64,000 nt of DNA from Candidatus Zhuqueibacterota bacterium (lineage in GTDB: Bacteria > Zhuqueibacterota > Zhuqueibacteria > Zhuqueibacterales > Geothermadaptataceae), in NCBI GenBank assembly GCA_030950365.1, contig JAUZRQ010000091.1, positions 20,820 through 84,819 on the forward strand, read 5' to 3'. The stretch's first letter is position 1. Every line of letters starts with the position of its first letter. Below are positions 43,564-53,719 of this stretch, in pieces. The translations under genes and the position numbers were made by a program. The notes beneath the pieces were generated by a model. The model saw only the letters and a list, made by a program, of their open reading frames with translations. It was not told where the DNA came from and made no database searches.

Positions 43564-44066
43564 GGCATCCCCCGCACCAGGCTGATGGCGATATACACAA
43601 TCACCAGCGCCAGCAGCAAATTAATGCGGCCAATCCAGCTCGCCTGTTTGCGCAACCGTAGCGTGGCCGGATCGTCCGGCGCCTGTTCCATCATGCGTGT
43701 GGCCAGCGGTCCGATTTTGAAATCATGAATGGCGCTCAAAATCACAATCACTGCAAACAGGGCCAGCTTCACGCCCAGGGTTTGCAGCCAGACGCCCTGC
43801 CAGGCTTCTTTGTTGAACAGATAAGAAAATCCGCCCAGCCGGTAGGACGCGTTATACAGTCCAGTCAGAAAAAAGGTGGTCAGGCATATCCAGCCCCAAA
43901 ACCGGAAGCGCTCGCCGGCTTCTTGTAAAATACGGCCGGCTATCTGCTGATAATTCGGATGGCGCAGCATGGGCGCGATGATCAAAACCAGAAACAGCAT
44001 GCCCCCGAGCCAGATCGTCGCCGACAGAATGTGCAGATAAATCGAAATGAAATAGAGCAATCGCAT
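43560..44066 (-). CDS. CopD-like four-helix membrane protein
   Basis: ATG 44066 with a GGAGGA RBS is preferred over GTG 44078. YLHILSATIWLGGMLFL resembles the CopD/DUF-type helix-1 signature. Confidence 0.55.
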   Translation of the reverse strand: MRLLYFISIYLHILSATIWLGGMLFLVLIIAPMLRHPNYQQIAGRILQEAGERFRFWGWICLTTFFLTGLYNASYRLGGFSYLFNKEAWQGVWLQTLGVKLALFAVIVILSAIHDFKIGPLATRMMEQAPDDPATLRLRKQASWIGRINLLLALVIVYIAISLVRGMP

Positions 44067-44102
44067 GGAGTCCTCCACAAACCGTTCGCATGCCGAATCG
44101 GC

Positions 44103-44426
44103 TTAGTTTGAAGCAGGCAAAAGATACAGCACCAGCCGCACATTGGTTTCGGCTCGGATGCTGTGGGGGAGTTTCGGCGGCATGTAAGCCCAGGTTCCGG
44201 CCTTTGCGGTGAACCTGTCCGAACCGAGGGTGACATCGGCCTTGCCGTCAATAAAATGCAAAACAGCCGGCACCGAGGCGGTGTGTTCGGACAGCTCCTC
44301 TCCGGCGGCAAAGCCAAAGATGACCACTTTGGCGCCCCCATCCCGCTGCAGCGTCTGGCTCCAGATACCTTTTTCGGGAACCGTAATTTCGTCCATGATG
44401 TTTTCGATAAACCGGTACGTTTCCAT
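44103..44426 (-). CDS. Cupin-domain protein
   Basis: 107 aa with the two cupin motifs (GEELSEHTASVPAVLHFIDG ... YMPPKLPHSI). GAGGAGG RBS. Confidence 0.8.
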   Translation of the reverse strand: METYRFIENIMDEITVPEKGIWSQTLQRDGGAKVVIFGFAAGEELSEHTASVPAVLHFIDGKADVTLGSDRFTAKAGTWAYMPPKLPHSIRAETNVRLVLYLLPASN

Positions 44427-45004
44427 CGTTGAACCTCCTCATTCGAGTGCAACTTCATTCACATTTGACATTCCGCATACCAATGCATTGAGCGCTATAC
44501 AATGAACCGGATGGAACAATGGATTTCAAGATCGTCCGGCAGACGCACAAGACCAAAAGGCTCTCCTGCCGTTTGAATCACTCCCGGGGGCTGAGAACCG
44601 GGAATTCATGACAATCGTAAGAGTTCAGCAACCAATCATCACGCAGCATATCTCCATCATTGTGATAAGCTCTGCATCTTGTGCGTGATAAACTCCTCGA
44701 CGGCGCAATCTTCTTGCAAAAGGCACGGTGCTTGCCCTCTGCCTAATGGCCGAGCCTCGTGATGACCGCGCCTTTTGCAGCCTGTTGAGAGGGCTGAATG
44801 GTGACGGTTGATTTCCTGTAAAATAACAATTTCGAAGAATTTTAAAACAGAAAAAGCAGGAATTTTCACTGGAATTTGCAAAAATTCACCGCTTGGCGGT
44901 TTTGCTTGCACACCTGGAGGCCGCAAACGGAGGCAAAAAGCGCATGATCCACATGCCAGCAACAAGAACGACATATCTCAATTTTTTTATTTGCAATTCA
45001 ACCC

Positions 45005-45033
45005 TTGACATTTCTATCTTGATCCGCTAATTT
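45005..45033 (+). promoter_or_regulatory. Sigma-70-type promoter candidate (TTGACA-17-TAATTT)
   Basis: TTGACA at 45005-45010, a 17-nt spacer, then TAATTT at 45028-45033. It lies about 90 nt upstream of ATG 45120. Confidence 0.5.
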
Positions 45034-45119
45034 TAGGCCGACTTTTCGCATATTCCATTCCTTGATGATTTGCTACGAACAGGAGTGCTGAATTCTGCAA
45101 CGAAGCTTGGAGATCGATA

Positions 45120-46190
45120 ATGGACTCATCCCCCCTGGAGATGACTCTGGAAGTCCAGCCCAGATCACGCTTTGATATTATTGACATCACCCAAAAAATC
45201 AATGAACGGGTCGGAGACCAATTCTATCAGCATCCCAAAGCCTTTTATTGCTCTTTCCACACCACGGCCGGCTATTTTGAACAGAGCCTGTGCGCGCGGC
45301 TGAAACACAGCAAAGAGCACGTGCATCCGTTCCTGCGCGCGTTCCAGAAGCTGTTTCCGCCAGGCGCCGAATACTACCACGATCAATTGCAATTGCGGCA
45401 GGAGCTGAGCGAGGAACAGCGCAAGTACGAACCCAAAAACGCCGATTCCCACCTGATTTTCATCAGTTCGGGGCTAAAAAACTGCGTGACTTACAACAAC
45501 CAGCGTGGTGTGCCGGTGTATTTCATCGATCTGGACGGGGTGAATGGCGAATCGCGGCGGCAGCGCAAAACCACCATTGTGGCATTCCGCGAGGAAGAGA
45601 TCGTGCACCGGGCCACGCTGCAGGTGCCCGTATCGCGCCACCCCATCGATTCCATCAATCTGCGGGACAACCGTATCGGCATTATCGATGAAATCAACCA
45701 TCTGATCCAGAAATTCGATATTCAAAAAGGTAAGGTGGACATCGCGCTGGAGCCGAGCGAAAGCCACGCCGGGCTCACGGTGAATGAGTACGAAACCCTG
45801 CTTATGAAGCACGATCTCGCCGAGGTGCTGCGCAATCCGTTCAAATTTATGGCGCAAAAGGGCAAGCACATGCTGGAGGATCCGCGCGCCATCCCGAGCA
45901 AAACTCTAAACTATGCCAAGTATGATCTGGTGCACTTCTTCAACGAGCTGATGGATGCGTTTCACATCAGTGAGTCGATGCTCGAGAAGATTCTGTCTAA
46001 ATTCATTGCTGTGCCAGCGGAACGTTTCCTGCGCATGAAGCGCAAAGTCAGCCTGTACGTGTCCGACAACAATCCGAATGGAATGGGCCGGATCGTCCAC
46101 GGCACCTACCAAAGCCCCATTCTGGTGCAGTGGAAACCGGCTTCCGGCCGGACGCGCCACCTGTCCATTACGCTGACGCGCTTTAAATGA
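45120..46190 (+). CDS. Extended YjbQ/UPF0047-like protein (356 aa)
   Basis: The N-terminus LEVQPRSRFDIIDITQKINERV...FHTTAGYFEQS resembles the YjbQ pattern (T..R...DIT..V ... HTTA). NADSHL and the C-terminal GTYQSPILVQW resemble later YjbQ motifs. The protein is about 2.5 times the usual length. Confidence 0.45.
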   Translation: MDSSPLEMTLEVQPRSRFDIIDITQKINERVGDQFYQHPKAFYCSFHTTAGYFEQSLCARLKHSKEHVHPFLRAFQKLFPPGAEYYHDQLQLRQELSEEQRKYEPKNADSHLIFISSGLKNCVTYNNQRGVPVYFIDLDGVNGESRRQRKTTIVAFREEEIVHRATLQVPVSRHPIDSINLRDNRIGIIDEINHLIQKFDIQKGKVDIALEPSESHAGLTVNEYETLLMKHDLAEVLRNPFKFMAQKGKHMLEDPRAIPSKTLNYAKYDLVHFFNELMDAFHISESMLEKILSKFIAVPAERFLRMKRKVSLYVSDNNPNGMGRIVHGTYQSPILVQWKPASGRTRHLSITLTRFK

Positions 46191-46959
46191 GCGAATGCGA
46201 CTGCCCACCATCCACGTTGATGCAGGCGCCGGTGACCAGGCTTGCGCGCTTCGAGGCCAGAAACACCACCACATTGGCGACTTCTTCCACCGTGCCGAAC
46301 CGGCCCAGAGGCAATTCGCGTTTGATGAATTCTTTCATGCCCTCGGGGTCTTCCTTGCAGCGGCGATCCCAGCTACCGCCCGGAAAACGAATGGATCCCG
46401 GCGCCACGCTGTTGACGCGGATGTTGAACGGAGCCAGTTCCAATGCCAGAATTTTGGCCACGCTGATGAGTCCGGACTTGGTGGTGTTGTAAATGGACAG
46501 GCCCGGGCCGCCGGCCTCCCGACCGAATATTGAAGAAATAAACAGAATCACGCCGCTGCCCTGCTCCTTCATGGCCGGGATCACCGCCCGCGTGGCCCGG
46601 ATGTGCGACATGAGGTTGAGCTGCAGAATGTCTTCCCAGTCCTGGTCACTGAGGCTGTCGAACGCTCCCCGGCGGTTGCCTCCCACATTGTTGACCAGCA
46701 CATCGATGCGACCAAATTCATCCAGGGTTTTCTGCGCCAGCGTGTCAGCCGCTCCCGATTCGGTGATATCCAGCGCCAGCTCCAGCACGTCGGCCCCCTC
46801 GGCCCGCATCTCAGCGGCGGCCTGTTGAAGGGGTTCCGTGTTTCGCGCGCAAATCGCCAGTTTGCAGCCCTCCCGCGCCATTCCCAGTGCAATGCCCTTG
46901 CCAATTCCACGGCTGGCGCCGGTCACGATCGCCACTTTGTCTTTCAATCCCAGGTCCAT
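46183..46959 (-). CDS. Short-chain dehydrogenase/reductase (FabG-like)
   Basis: TGASRGIGKG cofactor motif and the catalytic YNTTK (YxxxK). ATG 46959 with an AGGAG RBS is preferred over GTG 46965. Confidence 0.85.
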   Translation of the reverse strand: MDLGLKDKVAIVTGASRGIGKGIALGMAREGCKLAICARNTEPLQQAAAEMRAEGADVLELALDITESGAADTLAQKTLDEFGRIDVLVNNVGGNRRGAFDSLSDQDWEDILQLNLMSHIRATRAVIPAMKEQGSGVILFISSIFGREAGGPGLSIYNTTKSGLISVAKILALELAPFNIRVNSVAPGSIRFPGGSWDRRCKEDPEGMKEFIKRELPLGRFGTVEEVANVVVFLASKRASLVTGACINVDGGQSHSLI

Positions 46960-47114
46960 ATGCACTCCTTTTGGTATGTTTCAGACACGACCACTCCAAA
47001 CGGTTTGTCTGCCATAATTGATCTTCGCAATCCTTACCGGCATGACGGCGAATTCGATTGAAAAATAGCCGTCTTGTTTCATTCAAAAAATGCTGATCTA
47101 CCCTACCCGTATTC

Positions 47115-47152
47115 ACAAACAAAAAGCGGAGCAGAGACATGCCCTGCTCCGC
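47115..47152 (-). terminator. Rho-independent terminator after the DUF4340 gene
   Basis: The minus strand reads GCGGAGCAG-ggcatgtct-CTGCTCCGC followed by TTTTTGTTTGT. Confidence 0.7.
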
Positions 47153-47175
47153 TCAAAGCGTCGGCCTGTCGTTGA

Positions 47176-48540
47176 TCAGCTTTTTTTTCGCTTGATCAGG
47201 TCCTTGCGTTTGACATGCAGCTTGTCGAAGTTGGACGCCGAAATCACGTAGTACCATTTCGCAAAGCGCGCGTTTAACTCATCAGTCAACTTGCGGCCCT
47301 TCTCCACTTTTTGTTTCCACTCTTCGTGCTTGTCATACAGCTCTTTATTTTTGCGATCCGCATCGGTCCACAAACTGTCGGCTTTGTTCAAAAAGTCGGT
47401 ATTTTTCGGCTTTGGCGGCTCGGGGAATAGTTTTTCATCGAAGGCCGCCGTAATGAACAGGTACCGGTTTTCACCCGGGCCTTTTTCGCCGGTTTCGGCA
47501 GTATCGATGCCGGCGGTCACCGCCAGTCCAGTGCCGTACACCACCTCGCCGAAACGCAGCGTGTACACCACTCCATCTTTGGTCTCCGCCTGCAGTTCAC
47601 CTTCGTTGGACAGCAACTGACCATCCTGCGAAAAGAAATAGCCTTTGCTCTGCAGCGACAGCAGGTCCTGCTGCGTGAGCCGCACGCCTCCGCGCATACG
47701 GGTCAGGCTGGCCGACAGCCCGGCCGGTTTCGGCCGCACACCGACAATGGACAACTGATCCAACGCGGTGAGCAGGTTATTCATCCTGGTCTTGTCCACC
47801 TCTTCATCCACGGCCATCTTATCGGCCTTCCACTCATTGTCCTTTTTGCGCAGGGTGACCACATCGCGCATGCGCACGATGCCGGTGCGCTCATCCACCG
47901 AATAATCTTTCAACACCACTTTCTCAATGTCGTTGCGGTTGATGCGCAAGAGATCGGTGTCGATCCAGTCCGAGAAGTTAGTAGAGACTTCGATATCGGT
48001 TTTGGCGGCGTACACGCGTTTCTGTCCGGGCAGGCGGACAAACCGGAAGCCTTCTTTGCCGGGCACTTTCTTGCCGATGATGAGGTCGGCCAGCACGTTG
48101 TCGTTTTCGCCGCGGATGATCACGCGCTCGCCCCGGCCTTTGAGGGTGGTGATGTTTTCGTCGAGCGGATCCAGAACGCCGCACACTTCGTGATCGGCCA
48201 CATTGTCGGTGCGAAATTCATCTTTGCGCATTTCGATGATGGCCGCGGCGGTTCTGGCCAGCCGGTCCTTGCCATCGGCCGGATAATCGTAATGCGACGG
48301 GATCGTCCACCGTCCCTCTTTGAACGTCACCTTAAAGGGAATCGTGGTTCCGGTCTCTTCGTTGTATTTGATGACCTCCAGGGTCACTGCGCTGTTCGGA
48401 TCCTGGAAATCCGGGAAGAACGGCTCACCCTGATCGAAAAAGGCATCGGGTTCGATTTTACCGGGCGCGGTGATAAGCGCAATCAGCGCCAGCGCAATGG
48501 CCACGCCAGCGAATCGGATGGTTTTCTGTTTTTCGCTCAT
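47176..48540 (-). CDS. DUF4340-like protein (N-terminal anchor; accessory to GldG-type ABC systems)
   Basis: Single N-terminal TM helix (FAGVAIALALIALITA), then a soluble domain. Positioned directly after the ABC-2/GldG-like gene, as is typical for DUF4340. Assignment is by context and general resemblance. Confidence 0.6.
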   Translation of the reverse strand: MSEKQKTIRFAGVAIALALIALITAPGKIEPDAFFDQGEPFFPDFQDPNSAVTLEVIKYNEETGTTIPFKVTFKEGRWTIPSHYDYPADGKDRLARTAAAIIEMRKDEFRTDNVADHEVCGVLDPLDENITTLKGRGERVIIRGENDNVLADLIIGKKVPGKEGFRFVRLPGQKRVYAAKTDIEVSTNFSDWIDTDLLRINRNDIEKVVLKDYSVDERTGIVRMRDVVTLRKKDNEWKADKMAVDEEVDKTRMNNLLTALDQLSIVGVRPKPAGLSASLTRMRGGVRLTQQDLLSLQSKGYFFSQDGQLLSNEGELQAETKDGVVYTLRFGEVVYGTGLAVTAGIDTAETGEKGPGENRYLFITAAFDEKLFPEPPKPKNTDFLNKADSLWTDADRKNKELYDKHEEWKQKVEKGRKLTDELNARFAKWYYVISASNFDKLHVKRKDLIKRKKS

Positions 48541-48542
48541 GG

Positions 48543-51209
48543 CTATCCTCTCAACCTCCTTACGGCTGCAGCACCTTCTTTTTCACGACGACGGCGACGG
48601 ATAAAGATGAACACGCCCATAATGAACACTGGAATCGGCGGCAAGAGCACCGCAAACGTTTTGATGGTATTTTGAATCCGACGGATCTGCGCTTCCATGT
48701 GCTCTTTGCTGCGCAGAATTTTTGCTTCTTTCTCCGCTTCGATATTCTTTTTCAGCGCTTCAAACCGCCGGTTTTCCACTTCCTGTAGGTTGCGCGCCAT
48801 GATTTCTTTGGTCTGTGCATCCAGGTCCGGGCGTTGGCGCACTTCGGCGACTTTTTCATTCAGCCGCTTGCGCGCTTCTTCCAGCGCCCGCCGGGCTTCC
48901 GCCTCGGCTTCCTGCTGCTCTTTGGTGCGCTGCTCCACAAACTTCTGCGTTTGCGCTTCCACGCGCGTCAGCGTGCGGTGTTTGACGCGTCGCTTGCGCA
49001 GATTGATGAACGAGTCGTCACCGACCAACACATCCATGCAATTGAGAAAAAACGGAATGTTGTCGAAATTCAAGTTTTCGAAGCCACGCTTGCGGATTTC
49101 AAAAAACTGCTGCGAGATGAAATCGAGATCGGCCACCACAATGATGTTGACGTTTTTCTGCGTTTCGGTCGTGTCCTTGGTCACCGTATCGCCGTTGATG
49201 CGGGCGGCGATCACGTAATCCAGATCGTTGGGCACGTGAGGCACGCCGCGGCTGGCCAACTGAAAGCCGAAGAAACTGCGCCGAATCAGCCGCGAATACG
49301 GCAACGAGCCGGACAGAAATCCCGATTTGACCAGCGGCATAAATTCATAATCCTTCGAGGCCGATTTCTGAATATATCCCGGGTACAGGAATACCAGCTC
49401 CTGCAATCCGGAGGTAACTCGGTCTTCGGGATTGATGGACTCGCGGTTGCCATTGCCCTGGCCGATGAACACGAACTCCGGCGGCAGGGTGGCAAAATCC
49501 GGATGCGGGTTGTACGTATCCCACACGATCTGACGTTTGTTCCAACTAACACCGAGCTTGCGCATGAATTCTTCGATATTGCCTTTGGGCTTGGGAGGCG
49601 GCCCCTGATTGCGCATGAACGGATTGCGGTCCGCACCGGCACGCTCGCTTGGCGAGAGTGCTGGCTTGAACAGAGGCAGCGGATCCACCAGAACCAGCGC
49701 CGGATGTCCCTGCTCGATGTACTCGAGCAAGTTGTCCAATTCCTCCTGCGGCATGGACGAGGGCAGCGCCACCAAGAGCCCGTCAAGTTCCTCTCGGATG
49801 GGTTGATCCGCCGAGATCTGCACGACCTCGTACTGTTTTTTCAGCTCCTGCACCACCGGCCACTCCGGCTGGCTCTGGAATGTTTGAAAATCGAAGCCGC
49901 CGAACAACCGTGCCGCCGTGCGCACCACGCCGATTTTCTTGCGGCCGGTACGCGCCACCACCCGAATGCTGCGGATCAACTCATATTCCACCGGCAGCCC
50001 GCGATCCATGAACGGGATTACCTGCTCCTCGGCGCCGCAGGTGAACGCTACACCAAGGAAAATAGGCGCCACCGAGGCCCGGGCGCTGCCGGGATTGAAC
50101 ACTTCCTGGGGCGTGATGCCGAATTTCTCCCGCGCTTCAATGGCCTCTTTGGAATACGGCTCGGTATCATGAATCGCCACTTCGACCCGGTTGCCGGCCA
50201 CGGCATCGATTTCCCGCAGGAAGCCGATCAAATTCTGCCGCGTTTGCACAAACGGCTCGGGCACGTCTTTGCTGATGTACGCATTGATGAACACTGGCCG
50301 GTCTTCGGGAATCTCGCTCAGCAGCTTTTTCGTCTCGGCCGAAAGCGTATGCAGCTTCTCGGCGGTGATGTCCAGCCGCCAGTGCAAGCGGCCCAGAATG
50401 ACATTCAGGCTGATCACCGCAATGATCAGCGACACCGCGCGGACGGCCTGATGCACGGTCATCGGATAGCCATCGGCTTCTGCCGGCCAGTGCCGGTTGC
50501 CCAGCAACATCACATTCAGATACAGCATCACGCCGATCATGGATAGAAAATACAGCAGGCCGGACAGGCTTACCACGCCCTGAGCGAAATCCTGGAAATG
50601 CCAGAACACCCCTAGCGGCGCCAATAGGTCCCGCACTGACTCTCCTAATACGGCCGCGATCGGCTCAATGAACACAAAAAAGGCACAGAACAGGGCTCCC
50701 AGCACAAAACCAATGGTGACATTATCGGTGAGCAACGACGCCAGCATTCCCACCGAGATGAACGCGGCACCCAGCAGCCAGTAGCCAAAATAATTGGCCA
50801 CCATCAGGCCAAGGTCCGGGCTGCCCAGCCAGAATAGCACCAGCACGTGGCTGAGCGACAGGATGAGCGACGCCGAGTAGACGCCCAATGCGGCGAAGAA
50901 TTTGCCCAGCACCACTTCGAGATCGGTGGCCGGCAGGGTCAGGAGCAGCTCATCCGTGCCCTGACGCTTTTCATCCGCCCAAACCCCCATGGTGAGCGCC
51001 GGGATGAAGATCAGCAGCAGGTATGGGAATACCTCATTCAGTTGATCCAGATTGGCCAGGTTGTTGGCGAAAAAGCGCTCCTGCCAGAAGGCGGCCGCCG
51101 CGCTCAAAAAGATAAACAGAGTAATAAACACATATCCGGTCGGGTTGGCGAAGTACAGTCGCAAATCCCGTTTGAATAGCGAAACGACAACGTTCCAGTT
51201 GATCTTCAT
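48543..51209 (-). CDS. Fusion of an ABC-2 permease (GldF-like) with a GldG-like auxiliary domain and C-terminal coiled coil/TM
   Basis: The N-terminal roughly 260 aa has six TM helices of ABC-2 type. It is followed by a large soluble domain, a charged coiled coil ([26 protein letters not shown]) and a terminal TM helix. Confidence 0.7.
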   Translation of the reverse strand: MKINWNVVVSLFKRDLRLYFANPTGYVFITLFIFLSAAAAFWQERFFANNLANLDQLNEVFPYLLLIFIPALTMGVWADEKRQGTDELLLTLPATDLEVVLGKFFAALGVYSASLILSLSHVLVLFWLGSPDLGLMVANYFGYWLLGAAFISVGMLASLLTDNVTIGFVLGALFCAFFVFIEPIAAVLGESVRDLLAPLGVFWHFQDFAQGVVSLSGLLYFLSMIGVMLYLNVMLLGNRHWPAEADGYPMTVHQAVRAVSLIIAVISLNVILGRLHWRLDITAEKLHTLSAETKKLLSEIPEDRPVFINAYISKDVPEPFVQTRQNLIGFLREIDAVAGNRVEVAIHDTEPYSKEAIEAREKFGITPQEVFNPGSARASVAPIFLGVAFTCGAEEQVIPFMDRGLPVEYELIRSIRVVARTGRKKIGVVRTAARLFGGFDFQTFQSQPEWPVVQELKKQYEVVQISADQPIREELDGLLVALPSSMPQEELDNLLEYIEQGHPALVLVDPLPLFKPALSPSERAGADRNPFMRNQGPPPKPKGNIEEFMRKLGVSWNKRQIVWDTYNPHPDFATLPPEFVFIGQGNGNRESINPEDRVTSGLQELVFLYPGYIQKSASKDYEFMPLVKSGFLSGSLPYSRLIRRSFFGFQLASRGVPHVPNDLDYVIAARINGDTVTKDTTETQKNVNIIVVADLDFISQQFFEIRKRGFENLNFDNIPFFLNCMDVLVGDDSFINLRKRRVKHRTLTRVEAQTQKFVEQRTKEQQEAEAEARRALEEARKRLNEKVAEVRQRPDLDAQTKEIMARNLQEVENRRFEALKKNIEAEKEAKILRSKEHMEAQIRRIQNTIKTFAVLLPPIPVFIMGVFIFIRRRRREKEGAAAVRRLRG

Positions 51210-51212
51210 GCC

Positions 51213-51977
51213 CTATACCCCTCCGTTTTCGCTTGCCGTTACGGGACGTCCATAGTTGGTCAAACGGTAGAACTCCTCTTCCATGGAACCGTCTTTGCGA
51301 AGCTCATCGGGCGAGCCATCGAAAACCAGCCTGCCATTGTGGATAAGAAGAATCCGGTCCGCCACAGCTTCCGCTTCCTGAAGGATGTGCGTGGAAATCA
51401 TGATGGTCTTTTTGGCCGCGATCTCGCGAATGTTCTTGCGGAAATCGCGGATCTGGTTCGGATCGAGGCCGGCGGTCGGCTCGTCCATGATCAACACATC
51501 GGGGTCATGTAGCAACGCTTGCGCCAGCCCGACACGCTGCCGGTACCCCTTCGACAGCTTTCCGATGGGCTTTTCCAGCACTTCCTGAATGGCGCATTGC
51601 TCCACCACCACCTCGATGCGATCATGCAGCGCATCGCCTTCGAGTCCCCGGGCCTCGCCGAAGAAGTGCAACAGCTCGATCGGGGTCATATCGAGATACA
51701 ACGGGCCGTTTTCAGGCAGGTAGCCCAGATGTTTGGCGGCTTCAAGCCGCTGTTTTTGCACATCTCTGCCGGCGATCGCCGCCGTGCCTTCGCTGGGCGC
51801 AAGGTAACCGGTTAGAATCTTCATGGTCGTGGACTTCCCCGCCCCGTTCGGTCCGAGAAAGGCCACGATCTGCCCTTTCGGAATCGAAAACGTGATGTCT
51901 TTGATCGCCACAAAAGGACCGTAATATTTGCTCAGTCCTTTCGCCTCAATCATGACCTGGTCGTTCATTTGACGCAT
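51213..51977 (-). CDS. ABC transporter ATP-binding protein
   Basis: Walker A GPNGAGKST, signature LSKGYRQRV and Walker B VLIMDEP. Confidence 0.9.
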   Translation of the reverse strand: MRQMNDQVMIEAKGLSKYYGPFVAIKDITFSIPKGQIVAFLGPNGAGKSTTMKILTGYLAPSEGTAAIAGRDVQKQRLEAAKHLGYLPENGPLYLDMTPIELLHFFGEARGLEGDALHDRIEVVVEQCAIQEVLEKPIGKLSKGYRQRVGLAQALLHDPDVLIMDEPTAGLDPNQIRDFRKNIREIAAKKTIMISTHILQEAEAVADRILLIHNGRLVFDGSPDELRKDGSMEEEFYRLTNYGRPVTASENGGV

Positions 51978-52465
51978 GGGATCACCTCAGAATAATCCTC
52001 ACTCCAATTGCTGAATTTGTTGATACTGGAAAAACAGGATTTGTAGTCATCCGGTCCCTCGACCCGACTTTCAGGATGCCCTATCCGAAGCAACCGGACC
52101 ATGAAGCAAAATGAGGAAAATGACTATTGGAATTTGCATGTCTATCTGAATAGCTGCAAAAATCGATGACACATTAATCAAAAAACGGTTCAGCCAAATA
52201 AGACGTCAAACAAACTTATTGAATGCTTTCAGAGGCTCTTGCTGTGGATTCTTCTTTTTCTTTTCCCTGGCGCAACGCGGCAGACCTGGGCAACGCACCA
52301 GGGACATCGCCTCCCATCCCACCAGCCCTGAAAGAGCGAAATAATATCAACGGATTTCTTTAGCACATTAAAAGGTGTCTTCTGAGACGATGGGCCATTC
52401 ATTGCTACTTGCATAAACTGGCTGAATAGCTACTCAAAAAAGCCATTATTCAGCATGTACGATCA

Positions 52466-52649
52466 TTTGTGATTCCGGCTTTCAGCGGCGACTTTCCGAT
52501 CGTCGCTGAAATACCGGAATCTCATACCCGCTCGTTGCCTCCTTAATATTCTCCTTATCTTCCTTCCCAAGTTGAACTTGGGAAGGAGGAAAGGAGAAAA
52601 TAGGACCTGTCATCCCGAGCCGGCGGCTGGCGGATCCTCGCAATGACGG
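52466..52649. repeat. Cluster of palindromic repeat modules, locus C
   Basis: Module 1 (52466-52529) and module 2 (52556-52600; ctccttcccaagttgaacttgggaaggag is a near-perfect palindrome) match locus A. Module 3 (52609-52649; gtcatcccgag...ctcgcaatgac) matches locus B. GGCTGAATAGYTAC motifs flank it at 52420-52433 and 52657-52670. Confidence 0.7.
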
Positions 52650-52783
52650 GTAGTGGGCTGAATAGTTACAAAAAACAAGTCATAAAATAAGCCTTTACAA
52701 GCTGTTTAGCAAGATTTTCTGTAACGATTCAACCATCTAGCTCTTTTCCCGTTTGCACCGGGCTGAACCCCTCACCGTTCCGA

Positions 52784-53353
52784 TCACGCCGAGATATTGC
52801 CGGCCAGACCGAGTTCGTCGGCCATTTTGCGCATGCCGTCGATCACGGTTTGGATATGCTCGTCCAGCGGCACCCCGAGCAGTTCCGCCCCGCGGATGAT
52901 GTCCTCGCGTTTGACCGCCCGCGCAAAACCGCTTTGCTTCATTTTCTTCTTCACCGAGGAGACTTTCAAGTCGTGGATGCTGCGGCTGGGCCGGACATAC
53001 ACGCACGCGGTGATGAAGCCGCAAAGTTCATCCACCGCCAGCAGGGTCTTTGCCATGAGCGACTCGGCCGGCACCCCGGTGTATTCGGCATGGGACAGAA
53101 TGGCCCGGGTGATTTCTTCCGATACTCCCCGTTTCTTCAAAAACTCCACCGCCACATACGGGTGCTCTTCTTGGGTCGGATGCTTTTCATAATCCATGTC
53201 GTGCAGCAGTCCAACCACCGCCCATTTCTCTTCATCTTCTCCGAATTTGCGGGCGTACTCGCGCATGGCGGCCTCCACCGCCAGCATGTGTTTGCGCAGG
53301 TTTTCGCTCTCGGTCCATTCGGTCATCAGGGCGTAAGCCTCATCACGCGTCAT
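52784..53353 (-). CDS. HD-domain phosphohydrolase
   Basis: Start trimmed to ATG 53353, which has a GAGGAGGA RBS. AVVGLLHDMDY contains the HD dyad, with further His residues downstream. Confidence 0.8.
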   Translation of the reverse strand: MTRDEAYALMTEWTESENLRKHMLAVEAAMREYARKFGEDEEKWAVVGLLHDMDYEKHPTQEEHPYVAVEFLKKRGVSEEITRAILSHAEYTGVPAESLMAKTLLAVDELCGFITACVYVRPSRSIHDLKVSSVKKKMKQSGFARAVKREDIIRGAELLGVPLDEHIQTVIDGMRKMADELGLAGNISA

Positions 53354-53719
53354 GCTGTCCTCCTCAATCCTTTCAAACGTTCGTGTAAATGCTATAGCTG
53401 CCAACGGTCCGCCCGGGGCCGTTGCCACTGTTCGCCCCGGATTCGTCATTGAGATGATCGTATGCAATCATGCCGCCGATCAAATTCCAGCACCTTTCCC
53501 AGCAATACCAGCCCGTTCCGCTGTGGGTCATCGTTGGTTGCCAGATTGGTGATTCCGCATATTACCCAATCCGTGTACTTCCTTGCAGGTATGGCCAAAT
53601 CGTTTTACTTCTTTGCGAACTCTCCCTACACTGGATATTGCTGAATCAAATATAATTTTACTCCCAACCGGCCCAATTGGTTTTCAAAAAATCACAAAAA
53701 TTGGGCTATCCGAAGCCAT

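Noticed and set aside
44585-44610. A CTGAGA-containing hairpin (cccgggggctgagaaccggg) reminiscent of a TPP riboswitch
   Set aside because: The second conserved TPP element (ACCTGATCTGGATAATGCCAGCG-like) is absent, and neither flanking gene is thiamine-related.
44894-44909. A sigma-54-like TGGCGGTTTTGCTTGC upstream of the YjbQ-like gene
   Set aside because: The GG-to-GC spacing is one nt too long. A good sigma-70 promoter lies closer to the gene.
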